The notes: a model not told the origin generated them from the sequence alone. DNA of 64,000 bases from Candidatus Aenigmatarchaeota archaeon (GCA_041489155.1 JBGPQP010000004.1:13592-77591), one strand, 5' to 3'. Shown: positions 52,001 to 60,054, counted from the stretch's first letter. Numbers and translations: made by a program.

Positions 52001-54210
52001 ACATTTGTTATGCTATTAAGATTTCCCAATGTGTCATTTGCAAACAAGTATAATGTGTGCGTTCCTTCTGATGTGTCGAATGTTGTGTTTGCGCAGTTTG
52101 CCAATGTCGTGTTGGCGCCTTTGTCAAGGTTGTACCAGCACTTATCAACGCCTGTGTAATCCGTGACAGTGTAATTCAAGTTTATTGACAGATTTCCGTA
52201 TGTTCTGTTTTTTGGAGCAACTATTGTGATGCTTGGCGGTATGTTATCCGCTTGCACTTGCAGAGAGCCAGTATTATCTAGGTTTGCTGAACCTGCCTCT
52301 ATGTAGGTTGATGTTCCTACTGCACATCCTTCAACTGTCCAGTTAATAGTGCCAGCAGGATTGCTTGCGGGAAGGATAGAGCAAGAAACGTTGCTGGCGT
52401 AAATAGCGCAATAGGAAGCCATGGTGCCAGTCGTTTGTATCGCTATAATTCGTATCTGGTTTGAACCGCATGCATTAGTTATTGTCGCGCCACCTGAAAC
52501 TGTTAAGGTGATTGTTCCGCTCCATGGGTCGCCAGTTTCATAGTGCACAACCGAGAAGGTTGTGTTCTGGCCTAAGCTTATTGGTGAAGTGACAACAGTA
52601 AATGATGAATCATAAAGCCTTGCTGGCGCGTCGCTTGCAATCATCCATTGTCTCGACTCTTTCCAATTGCCGATTTCAAGCGGCCCGAGGATGAAGAGAG
52701 AGGGGGAGATGTCGGGCGCATCGAATTCGTAACCGATTTCATAGGTTTCGCCCGGGGTCAGCTTCTTGTCCCATGACAGAATCTTGGCATCCCCCGCGTC
52801 TGTGACCGTCATACCTTCATTAGGCGTTATTTCAAAGCCTGAAGGCACGTATTCGTTTATCAGGCCTTCGTAATCCTTGTTAGCCTTTATGACGAAAATC
52901 ATACTGTATTTCGCCGGCGGATATATTCTTGTCGGACCATTTCTTGCGACGTCGAAATCCGTTCGCTTTTTCACCTCGAATGCGTCTGTCATGCTCCTTA
53001 CGCCGTTCATTGTAATAGCTGTCAGATTCATGGTATATGTACCTTCCTTGTTCACGATGTAAGAGGCATAGTAATCGGGAAGGTTGGTCACTCCGTAGAG
53101 TTCGCATTCAGGCGAAACGCTTATAGTGCCATCGGACGTTCCCAAGGTTGTTGTTACGCCTTGCGAATCTGTTATTTGAAGCGTTACGTCGGCGTTGCAG
53201 ACCATGTGACCTTGGTCGTCCAGAACGGCCATTCCGATGAAGGCCTGCTCGTTTTCGAGATAAATCGATTTGTGGGTGTTTATGGCGAGCACGCCCCAGA
53301 GGAATTCCCCTTCTTTTTCGTATGTTTCATTCCCCTCCTTTACCTCCATCCTTATCTTGTACAAACCCGCCCTGAACGCCCTTCCTTTCGAAAGCTCTAT
53401 TTCATACTCCCCACTGCCAACCTTCAAAACATCCGCTTTTACCTCAAGCAATTTCCGGTCAGGGCCGTAAACAAAAACATTCAAAACCTCCGGCCATGTT
53501 CCCTCCTCGATTATCTTTCCCTGCTCGGAAAATACATTTTTCGAGATCAGCCTGAATCTCGGTTTTTCGTTCATCCCGAATCTCTCCTTTACTGGCGAGA
53601 ATCCCACAACTTTTTCCAAGAATAACCTTGGGAATGTTTCGTTGGTTTCCGTTACGTTCAGGTCGTGTTCAAGGAATGACCTGTTCTCGCTTGTTTTGTT
53701 AAACTCCTCTTCAAGAACAGTCCTATTCATAGCGGTTTCATTTTTCAGGAATGTCCTGTTTTCTGCCAACCCAGAAATCAGTTCCTCTCTCGTGACGTTC
53801 GATTCAACGCAGTCCCTGCATGTGCCCCACAAATATTTTCCCGTGGTTTCGTAGCCTTCACTCACATTATCGAAGGTTAAATCAGGAACATATTCAAGAA
53901 TTTGGACGATTGTCACGCTCGCGAAGAGCACTAGCAAGGCAAGAATGATAAAACCGGCGTTGATGCTGCACGAGGATTTGGCCCATGCACCTCTGGGGAA
54001 CCTGTGGCCGTTTTTCGTTTTCGGATAATGCAGCTTCGCCTTGCCTACGTCCCTCACGATAATCTTGCCCGTTGCCTGAAGGACGACGAGATATTTAGAG
54101 GCAGTCATCCTGTTTATGGCTAGCGCGCTGGCTATTTCCTCTATTGTAAGCCCGTAATCGTGTTTTGCGACAAGTTTCAGAATTTTTTCCTCAGTGCCGT
54201 TTCCGCCCAT
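49036..54210 (-). CDS. Giant (1,724 aa) membrane protein: N-terminal winged-helix domain, one TM helix, extracellular Ig-like domains and parallel beta-helix (PbH1/NosD-like) repeats
   Basis: wHTH 'ILKLVAKHDYGLTIEEIASALAINRMTASKYLVVLQATGKIIVRDVGKAKLHY'. TM 'GFIILALLVLFASVTIVQIL'. PbH1 repeats 'NNTLTNNTANSN...GIYLQSSSN'. Dense N-x-S/T sequons. Confidence 0.85.
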   Translation of the reverse strand: MGGNGTEEKILKLVAKHDYGLTIEEIASALAINRMTASKYLVVLQATGKIIVRDVGKAKLHYPKTKNGHRFPRGAWAKSSCSINAGFIILALLVLFASVTIVQILEYVPDLTFDNVSEGYETTGKYLWGTCRDCVESNVTREELISGLAENRTFLKNETAMNRTVLEEEFNKTSENRSFLEHDLNVTETNETFPRLFLEKVVGFSPVKERFGMNEKPRFRLISKNVFSEQGKIIEEGTWPEVLNVFVYGPDRKLLEVKADVLKVGSGEYEIELSKGRAFRAGLYKIRMEVKEGNETYEKEGEFLWGVLAINTHKSIYLENEQAFIGMAVLDDQGHMVCNADVTLQITDSQGVTTTLGTSDGTISVSPECELYGVTNLPDYYASYIVNKEGTYTMNLTAITMNGVRSMTDAFEVKKRTDFDVARNGPTRIYPPAKYSMIFVIKANKDYEGLINEYVPSGFEITPNEGMTVTDAGDAKILSWDKKLTPGETYEIGYEFDAPDISPSLFILGPLEIGNWKESRQWMIASDAPARLYDSSFTVVTSPISLGQNTTFSVVHYETGDPWSGTITLTVSGGATITNACGSNQIRIIAIQTTGTMASYCAIYASNVSCSILPASNPAGTINWTVEGCAVGTSTYIEAGSANLDNTGSLQVQADNIPPSITIVAPKNRTYGNLSINLNYTVTDYTGVDKCWYNLDKGANTTLANCANTTFDTSEGTHTLYLFANDTLGNLNSITNVSFSINTTCAYPGSGDDWIISNTQMCSNRIMTMTGNLTIQNGGNLTFRNVTPKMNSSSDGQYGIKVQSGGAFYIYDNDDDASTTSDASNITAVNTTREFFFKVDSGSTFAMKNSLLSEAGWSNTDGKYGLEINATGTEIRGNTITNNYRGLTFYSYSDNNIIANNIISSSVHAGIFLYSSSNTLANNTVNLSMNSHGIYLSSSSNNTLTNNTANSNTWSMGSGIYLQGSSNNTLTNNTANSNYYAGIYIDSSSYDNNLTNNTADSNIRYGIYLQSSSNTHLTGNTISNNVYDMSSSNNIYSNNKFIHNINNTMITVSTTNQTPNVNDLVGFNISLYYLGGGACDNCAYNITTRPYETVSMSKSGNSITGNFTATRLGLYSLLINVTEPTNNNNVIRNYAFLVNTTEAKVDYYFRDVNPTHGQPTGIGTDAKSLLLTPPTTEEYWSCSGWVQASPDDLTVTVPSFIKDMNMSFWYKAESDSYTGVERYTTYDSNSDYNQSVPIVTVYTWINRNFTVNWSMDYVKSWYRLAVKLRTHPTWYTNQTNPSYVNISYLYTTTPQIKNNTNTDVLILSATSPASDTNNATIYLDGTGSTNLTVQMPNTTINYSAKMDGNDCNDANCNLTSQANGELNFTLTLGSEHNITIEEESDADPTASLGTNPVTYYNDSDGSIVFDLKCSDNIGVSTLKLYGNWSGWHANQTNSSPTNNGWWNVTVSGIPEGTWKWDAWCNDTINQADWSNVNRTFTVDLTNPQIGSKHINNSGSVGMNTIVCLNVSGVSDNFGVNAVWTTVTQSNGSIFNITMSDTGSCAGSAGDGWYSVNVNVGDSAGTFFYNTTYVNDSSGRINSNTTVLNLSVSACNVDFAMTSQLEAGIRFAEQDPDQVNVSAVDNGNYNITDLSTAGCGTVNVSIMATGDLVNGSSVIGIGNVTVNSTSPDSQVIQLSTGYQLIRSNVPAGQSNITTLYFWLSVPQGQDPNSYNTTIYIKEERG

Positions 54211-54271
54211 CAGAAACCTCGCCAGCCAAAAACCATGTTTAATTATTTATACGAGGTCATATAAATTTTTT

Positions 54272-54298
54272 AATCATTGATGATTATCATTGATGATT
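54272..54298. promoter_or_regulatory. Tandem imperfect palindromes (2 x ATCATTGATGATT) in the divergent promoter region
   Basis: AATCAT-TG-ATGATT (54272-54285) is followed directly by ATCATTGATGATT (54286-54298). The site lies 62-88 nt upstream of the giant gene's ATG (54210, minus strand) and ~105 nt upstream of rpl11. Confidence 0.35.
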
Positions 54299-54401
54299 AT
54301 TTATTTCATCACCAAGTGCAAGATATCAAAAAAAATCCCCTAGCAAGCGACATGGTATAATGGCAACATTTAAATAGCCGACATATAATAATGTGATTAT
54401 T

Positions 54402-55004
54402 ATGCCAAAAGAGAAAGTGCAAGTAATGGTTGAAGGCGGCAAGGCAACAGCCGCTCCTCCGCTGGGACCAGCCCTTGGACCGCTTGGCGTCCCGATAAAG
54501 AAGATAATAGACGAGATAAACACCAAGACCAAGGACCTTGCAGGCACACAGGTTCCGGTGACCGTCATAGTTGATACCTCGACCAAGAACTTCGAGGTAA
54601 AGGTCGGCACGCCGCCGGTCAGCGCGCTCATCAAAAAAGAGCTCGGCATAGAGGCCGGCGCCAGCGAGGCGGGAAAGGTAAGGGCGGGCGACCTCACCGA
54701 AGAACAGGTTGTCAGGATTGCTTCTGCAAAATTCGGCTCAACCGATCCCCGCTACGTGAACCAGATAAAGGGCTCGGCGAGGAGCATGGGGATAACGATA
54801 GGCAAAGGCCCGCTGAGCGAAGATGAAATAAAGGCCTACGAAGACGCCAGGAAGAGGGCGACTGAAGCCAAGATGGCAGCCGCCGCCCCTGCAGCAGCGC
54901 CGGTGGAAGGAGAAGCACCGGCCGCAGCGCCCGTCGCAGCCGCGCCCAAGAAGGAAGAGAAACCCAAGGAAGAAAAGAAGAGAAAGATCAGAAGGGGCAA
55001 GTAA
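54402..55004 (+). CDS. rpl11: 50S ribosomal protein L11 (uL11) with a C-terminal Ala/Pro-Lys/Glu extension
   Basis: 'VEGGKATAAPPLGPALGPLGV' is the L11 signature. The ATG at 54402 (MPKEK...) is preferred over the GTG at 54393. See the findings for the extra ~60-aa tail. Confidence 0.9.
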   Translation: MPKEKVQVMVEGGKATAAPPLGPALGPLGVPIKKIIDEINTKTKDLAGTQVPVTVIVDTSTKNFEVKVGTPPVSALIKKELGIEAGASEAGKVRAGDLTEEQVVRIASAKFGSTDPRYVNQIKGSARSMGITIGKGPLSEDEIKAYEDARKRATEAKMAAAAPAAAPVEGEAPAAAPVAAAPKKEEKPKEEKKRKIRRGK

Positions 55005-55031
55005 GGCTTGAAATTTTAAATTGAAAATTAT

Positions 55032-55550
55032 TCAGTAGTCAGTCGTCTCTATCTTTTCCGCCAGGCTTTTCTTTATCAGGAGGTCTGCGTTGGGCTCGGG
55101 CAGGGTCGTGATGTCGCCTTTCTTGAAAGGCCCGTAGTTTTTCATGTTTATGCCGACGAACTTCGCGACGTCGTCGAGCAGCGTGACCATGACCAGCTTT
55201 TCGGCCTGCCTTTCCAGCTTCTCCTCCCTGCCCTTCTGGAAGCCGTTTATGCATTCGACTATCTTTTCGAAAAAGCTTCGCTCCTCGGCTGCCATGTTTT
55301 CGGGCACCACGCCGGAGTCTATGAAGCCGTGCGCGGCATTGAGAATCTTGCGCTCGCGCCGCTCGAATATCGTCTTAAGGCGGCGTTTCACCGCTTCCAT
55401 GGCCCACTGGTCCGTCTCGTCGCGGGACATTTTCCCTTTCTTTTCCAAGTATTCCCTGACCTGCTCGAAGAATTCCTCTGGCAGCTTGGTCAGACCAGCG
55501 GAGTTCCTCTCGTCCTCGAATATGCGCCTTATCGTCTCGTCGGTGAGCAT
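55032..55550 (-). CDS. GINS complex subunit (Gins51/Gins15-like)
   Basis: 'LTKLPEEFFEQVREYL' and 'ERRERKILNAA' are helical A-domain features. The C-terminal 'YGPFKKGDITTLPEPNADLLIKKSLAE' is a B-domain pattern common to archaeal GINS. Confidence 0.6.
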   Translation of the reverse strand: MLTDETIRRIFEDERNSAGLTKLPEEFFEQVREYLEKKGKMSRDETDQWAMEAVKRRLKTIFERRERKILNAAHGFIDSGVVPENMAAEERSFFEKIVECINGFQKGREEKLERQAEKLVMVTLLDDVAKFVGINMKNYGPFKKGDITTLPEPNADLLIKKSLAEKIETTDY

Positions 55551-55659
55551 GATTATTGGTTGGCGGGTGGGAATATAAAATTAAAAGCCCGGGCACGAGT
55601 GAAATCTCTTATAAAGCCGCGCAGGAAATAAATCATCAACATGATTGAGAGGGATAGCC

Positions 55660-57381
55660 ATGGCAGTGCGACAGCCTATAATCTCGGTGCTGGGTCACGT
55701 GGACTCGGGGAAGACGACTTTGCTCGACCGCATCAGGGGAAGCGCTGTCGCGCCTGGCGAGGCCGGCGGCATAACCCAGCACATCGGCGCTTCTGAGGTG
55801 CCGATAGAGAACATAAAGACATCCTGCGGCCCGCTTCTCAGCAGGATGAAAGTCGACGTTAAAATTCCCGGCCTGCTTTTCATAGACACGCCCGGCCACG
55901 AGGCGTTCACCACGCTGCGGAAGCGCGGCGGGTCGATCGCTGACATCGCGATTCTTATAATCGACATTAACGAGGGCATCCAGAAGCAGACCGAAGAAAG
56001 CATCATGTTTTTGAAAGAATTCAAAACTCCGTTCGTCGTCGCGGCGACGAAGATCGACAGGATTCTCGGCTGGCATTCTGAGGCGAATGCGTGCTTCCTG
56101 ACGAGCTTCGCTGCGCAGGATGCGAGGGCGCAGGACGAGCTTGAAGAGAAACTCTACAGGATAGTCGGCCAGCTCGGGGAGAAGGGCTTCCGGTCCGAGC
56201 GCTACGACCGCGTCGAGGACTTCGCGAAGGCGATATGCATCGTCCCCGTTTCCTCCGTGACTGGCGAGGGCATCCCTGACCTGCTCGTGCTCCTCACCGG
56301 CCTGGCGCAGAAATATCTTGAAAAGCGCCTCGAGGTCACGGGAGGCATGGGGAAGGGGACGATACTCGAGGTCAGGGAATACCGCGGGCTCGGGTCGACG
56401 ATAGATGTAATACTTTATGACGGCGTCGTCAGCCGCGGGGACACCATGATAATCGGCGGCGCGGGCCTGCTTGTGACGAAGGTCAAGGCCCTGCTCAAAC
56501 CCGAGCCGCTGAAGGAGATGCGCGTCGAGCGAGTCTTCCAGCCCATTGAAAGCGCCTCGGCTGCGTCCGGCGTGAAAATTTCCGCACCTGACCTCACCGG
56601 CGTGGTCGCCGGCTCGCCCGTGAGATTCGTAAGGAACGAGAAGGACGGGAAGGCCGCTATAAAGGACATAGAGAAGGAAATCGAGGAAGTCGAAATCGAG
56701 ACCGAGAACCAGGGCGTGATAATAAAGGCTGACACGCTCGGAAGCCTTGAAGGCCTGCTGAAGACGCTGAGGGGCATGAACATCCCGATAAGGAAGGCGA
56801 AGGTCGGTAATGTCGTGAGGAACGAAGTGATGGAAGCCTCCAACATGAAAAAGCCCGTCATATTCGTGTTCAACGTCGAAGTCCTTCCGGACGCCGACGA
56901 GCTGGCGAAAAAGCTCGGCGTGAACGTTTTCAAATCGAACATAATTTACAGGCTCATCGAGGATTACCAGAAATGGGAGGACGAAACCAAAAGGAACTCG
57001 GAATCAAAGCTTATCGACAGCGTTACCCATCCCGCAAGGATGACGATACTCCGCGGTTACGTGTTCCGCCAGTCCAAGCCTGCGATATTCGGCGTGGAAG
57101 TTCTCGGAGGAACGATAAGGCCCGGCTACAAGCTGAAAAAAGGCGAGCATACCATAGGGGAAATCAAGGAACTGCAGGCCGAGGGCGAGAAGGTGGAAAA
57201 GGCGAAGATAGGCGACAAAGTCGCTGTCTCTGTCGACGGCGTCACGATCGGCAGGCAGATAGACGAGGGCGACACGCTGGAAACAGTTCTCAGCGGCAGG
57301 GATTTCGAGATACTCGAGCGCTTGAAAAGCAAGCTCCCGGAAGATGAGAAGCGCCTGCTCGAGGAGTTCCAGGCCGGCTAG
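55660..57381 (+). CDS. infB: Translation initiation factor aIF5B (IF-2)
   Basis: 'ISVLGHVDSGKTTLLD', 'GITQHIGA', 'IDTPGHEAF' and 'ATKID' GTPase boxes. The ATG at 55660 is preferred over the TTG at 55645. Confidence 0.92.
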   Translation: MAVRQPIISVLGHVDSGKTTLLDRIRGSAVAPGEAGGITQHIGASEVPIENIKTSCGPLLSRMKVDVKIPGLLFIDTPGHEAFTTLRKRGGSIADIAILIIDINEGIQKQTEESIMFLKEFKTPFVVAATKIDRILGWHSEANACFLTSFAAQDARAQDELEEKLYRIVGQLGEKGFRSERYDRVEDFAKAICIVPVSSVTGEGIPDLLVLLTGLAQKYLEKRLEVTGGMGKGTILEVREYRGLGSTIDVILYDGVVSRGDTMIIGGAGLLVTKVKALLKPEPLKEMRVERVFQPIESASAASGVKISAPDLTGVVAGSPVRFVRNEKDGKAAIKDIEKEIEEVEIETENQGVIIKADTLGSLEGLLKTLRGMNIPIRKAKVGNVVRNEVMEASNMKKPVIFVFNVEVLPDADELAKKLGVNVFKSNIIYRLIEDYQKWEDETKRNSESKLIDSVTHPARMTILRGYVFRQSKPAIFGVEVLGGTIRPGYKLKKGEHTIGEIKELQAEGEKVEKAKIGDKVAVSVDGVTIGRQIDEGDTLETVLSGRDFEILERLKSKLPEDEKRLLEEFQAG

Positions 57382-57390
57382 GCTGAACCA

Positions 57391-57400
57391 ATTTAAATAC
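57391..57400 (+). promoter_or_regulatory. TATA-box candidate for aIF2-beta
   Basis: 'atttaaatac' lies ~25 nt upstream of ATG 57421, a spacing consistent with a short-leader or leaderless archaeal transcript. Confidence 0.35.
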
Positions 57401-57420
57401 GGCGCTTCTAATTGATTGTT

Positions 57421-57828
57421 ATGCAAACATACGAGAAATTGCTGGACATGGCGTTCGAAAGGCTGCCGAAGAGATCGGAGGACAGCGACCGCTTCCAGAT
57501 GCCACGCGCGAACATCCAGCCCGCGGGCGCCCGCACGATCATAATCAATTTCATCGAGATAGCGAGCACGTTCAGACGCGAGCCCGACCACCTGCAGAAA
57601 TTCATCCTGAAGGAGCTCGCGACTTCAGGCGAGCTGCAGAGCGGGAGGCTGGTCGTGCAGGGCAAGTTCAGGCCGGAAGTCGTCGACAAGAAAATCGAGC
57701 TTTACGCGAAGGAATACGTTCTGTGTCCTGACTGCAACAGGCCTGACACGAAATTCGTGCGAGAGGACCGCTTCCTTTTCCTCAAGTGCGAGGCATGCGG
57801 CTCCAAGCACGCGCTGAAAAAGATCTGA
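57421..57828 (+). CDS. Translation initiation factor aIF2 beta subunit
   Basis: 'YEKLLDMAFERLP', 'RFQMPRANI', 'LQKFILKELATSG' and the zinc ribbon 'CPDCNRPDT...CEACG'. Confidence 0.9.
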   Translation: MQTYEKLLDMAFERLPKRSEDSDRFQMPRANIQPAGARTIIINFIEIASTFRREPDHLQKFILKELATSGELQSGRLVVQGKFRPEVVDKKIELYAKEYVLCPDCNRPDTKFVREDRFLFLKCEACGSKHALKKI

Positions 57829-57849
57829 TTTTACTTTTGCCTTAAGTCT

Positions 57850-58953
57850 TTAACGGCTGATTTTGTTCCTGTCAACGGCCACCATGAAGCCGGTCGTCAT
57901 CCTGCTGAGCTCCGGGATTTTTATGCAGTCGCAGAACGTATCGGCCGTTGAAGAGCATATCTCGGCGTTCTGCATTATGTCGTCGTTCGTTTCACCTTCC
58001 GAGACGTTCATGTCCCTCGGGAAGGTTATCGAGAGGATGAACTCCTTCCCCTCATAAACTGTCGTGTACATCATGGCCACCTTTCTTCCGGTCTCTCTTT
58101 CCACCATCGCCATCACGCTTTCGTCCTTGAACGACGTATCGCTGCCGACGATGTTGACACCCTGTTTCATGAGTATGCGCACGGTCGAAACGCATCCCGC
58201 CGGAAGTTGCTGGTTCCCGATGAGGGCGTTGAACTGCGCCTCGTCCATGCCCATGAGGGAAGCGACGCCCTCCGCGAAGCTCGGCAGCGAGCGGAACGTT
58301 AGGACCGATAAAACGACGAGGGCGATTATCATGCAGATCCCGGCTATCATGTAAGGATCCTTCGCTCCGAGATGCTCTATTTTCTTGACTTCGCCCGTGT
58401 ATGCACCGAGGATGGCGAGCGCCTGTTTTTTGTCCTTTTCTAGAAGGATTTCCCATTCAGTGTTTTTCAGGCTCGCCTTCTTCGCGCTGAAGCCGGGCAG
58501 GAGGCTTTCGGCTGTTTTCTTTACCTCATCCTCTTTCAGCGTCTGGACCTTTTCCTTCAGCAGCAATCCTTCCAGCAGTTTTACGCTTTCCTTGAGCTTG
58601 GCTATGGTCCTGCTTTCGTCCTCGTCTTTCCTGTTGCGCGTTATAAGGTACAGGCCGACCGCGGCGATTATCGCCGCCATTATGCCGCCTATGAAGAGGT
58701 CGAGCTGTATCAGGTTAAATGGCGCCCCCTGAAGGAAGAAGAGATATTGCCTTATGCCCGCACCGAACAGGAGGCAGACGAAGCCCGTCGCGAGCATCGC
58801 GGGTATCCTTATGGTGAAAGCCATTTTCCTCTGCATGCCGCGAAACGCGACAGAACCGAAGACCCACGCGAGAACGACGTTCATCACTATCTGCGCTATG
58901 AAAAGCAGCATGGGCAGGGCGTCCATGATGTCAGCGACGGAGGCGAAAGCCAT
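57850..58953 (-). CDS. Polytopic membrane protein with C-terminal soluble domain, hypothetical
   Basis: 367 aa. Four N-terminal TM helices, a charged linker, one more TM helix, then a ~140-aa domain. No family recognised. Confidence 0.55.
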   Translation of the reverse strand: MAFASVADIMDALPMLLFIAQIVMNVVLAWVFGSVAFRGMQRKMAFTIRIPAMLATGFVCLLFGAGIRQYLFFLQGAPFNLIQLDLFIGGIMAAIIAAVGLYLITRNRKDEDESRTIAKLKESVKLLEGLLLKEKVQTLKEDEVKKTAESLLPGFSAKKASLKNTEWEILLEKDKKQALAILGAYTGEVKKIEHLGAKDPYMIAGICMIIALVVLSVLTFRSLPSFAEGVASLMGMDEAQFNALIGNQQLPAGCVSTVRILMKQGVNIVGSDTSFKDESVMAMVERETGRKVAMMYTTVYEGKEFILSITFPRDMNVSEGETNDDIMQNAEICSSTADTFCDCIKIPELSRMTTGFMVAVDRNKISR

Positions 58954-58997
58954 GAATAATATTTGGCAGAATTCGTATAAAAGAACCGTAAGGTTTC

Positions 58998-59237
58998 CTA
59001 TAAATTGGATATGCTGAAGAAGCCGGATTCCAGTATTTTGAGCAACTTATCTTCCTCTGAAATGTTCATCTCAAGCAGCGTTTTCACGTCCCTGAGCGCC
59101 TCGGCGTACATGGCGCTGTTGAAAGAATTGCTGTCGCGCATCTCCCATTTGTTTTTCGCCGACTTCGTGTAAAGAAAGAACGTCCTGCCGTCCGTGGTTA
59201 TCTTGTGCGTTTTTCCCTCGAAAAGAGTTTTCAGCAT
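58998..59237 (-). CDS. Small hypothetical protein
   Basis: 79 aa with an ATG start. Tandem palindromes lie immediately upstream. Confidence 0.4.
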   Translation of the reverse strand: MLKTLFEGKTHKITTDGRTFFLYTKSAKNKWEMRDSNSFNSAMYAEALRDVKTLLEMNISEEDKLLKILESGFFSISNL

Positions 59238-59238
59238 G

Positions 59239-59262
59239 ATGTTTAAACATATGTTTAAACAT
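59239..59262. promoter_or_regulatory. Two tandem copies of the perfect 12-bp palindrome ATGTTTAAACAT
   Basis: Copies at 59239-59250 and 59251-59262 abut the start of the minus-strand ORF 58998-59237. TTTAAA cores could serve as TATA boxes or as an operator. Confidence 0.35.
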
Positions 59263-59478
59263 GGATTTAAGGCTATATTGCCCCAGCTTCAGCTTTTAAA
59301 TATGCGCCTTCACTATATTCACAAGAACAGGCCAGTTCCTTCGGGTGCTAGCTTGTATCGCTTACAAGAGGCTTGTTCTTAACTTCGAAAGAAGCATACT
59401 GCGTATGCTTCATAATAAAAGGATTAAGGTGGGAATATCGCTAAGGCAAAAATAGAAGACGCAAAGCCGGCGGTCAAA

Positions 59479-59871
59479 ATGGCCGGATGGATAGACTACA
59501 AAACGAAGGAAGTCGAGGACCTCGTGCTCAAGTACGCCAAGCAGGGCATGCAGAGCGCGCAGATAGGCCTCATGCTGAGAGACCAGTACGGCATCCCTTC
59601 CGTGAAGGCGATAACCAAGAAGACCATAGCGCAGATACTCAAGGAAAACAAGGTCTATGCCAAGCTGCCGGAAGACCTGATGAACATCATGAGGCGCGTC
59701 GTCGAGCTCCGCGTGCATATGGAGCGCAACAAGAAAGACTACCAGTCATACCGTGGCCTCGAGCTCGCCGAATCTAATATCAGGCGCCTTGTAAAATACT
59801 ACATAAAGAAAGGCGTTCTTCCCAAGGGCTGGAAATACGACGCAGAGCAGGCAAAACTTCTGGTCAGGTAA
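59479..59871 (+). CDS. rps15: 30S ribosomal protein S15 (uS15; S13e type)
   Basis: '[40 protein letters not shown]' and '[29 protein letters not shown]'. No in-frame ATG/GTG/TTG lies upstream, so the usual basic N-terminal ~20 aa appears to be missing. Confidence 0.88.
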   Translation: MAGWIDYKTKEVEDLVLKYAKQGMQSAQIGLMLRDQYGIPSVKAITKKTIAQILKENKVYAKLPEDLMNIMRRVVELRVHMERNKKDYQSYRGLELAESNIRRLVKYYIKKGVLPKGWKYDAEQAKLLVR

Positions 59872-60054
59872 AACCGAAAAGGCCAAAAAGAGAGCGGATT
59901 CTTTATTTTCCGCTTTTGTTTTATTTTTAAAATCAGTTTACCTCTTGTAATTCTCCCTCACTTATTCCTCGAGACTCTTTAACGACTCTTAAGGCAAGTA
60001 AGCGTATTTTTTGCTTAATTTTATGTTTTTATTATTTTCAATGGCATTATTTTC

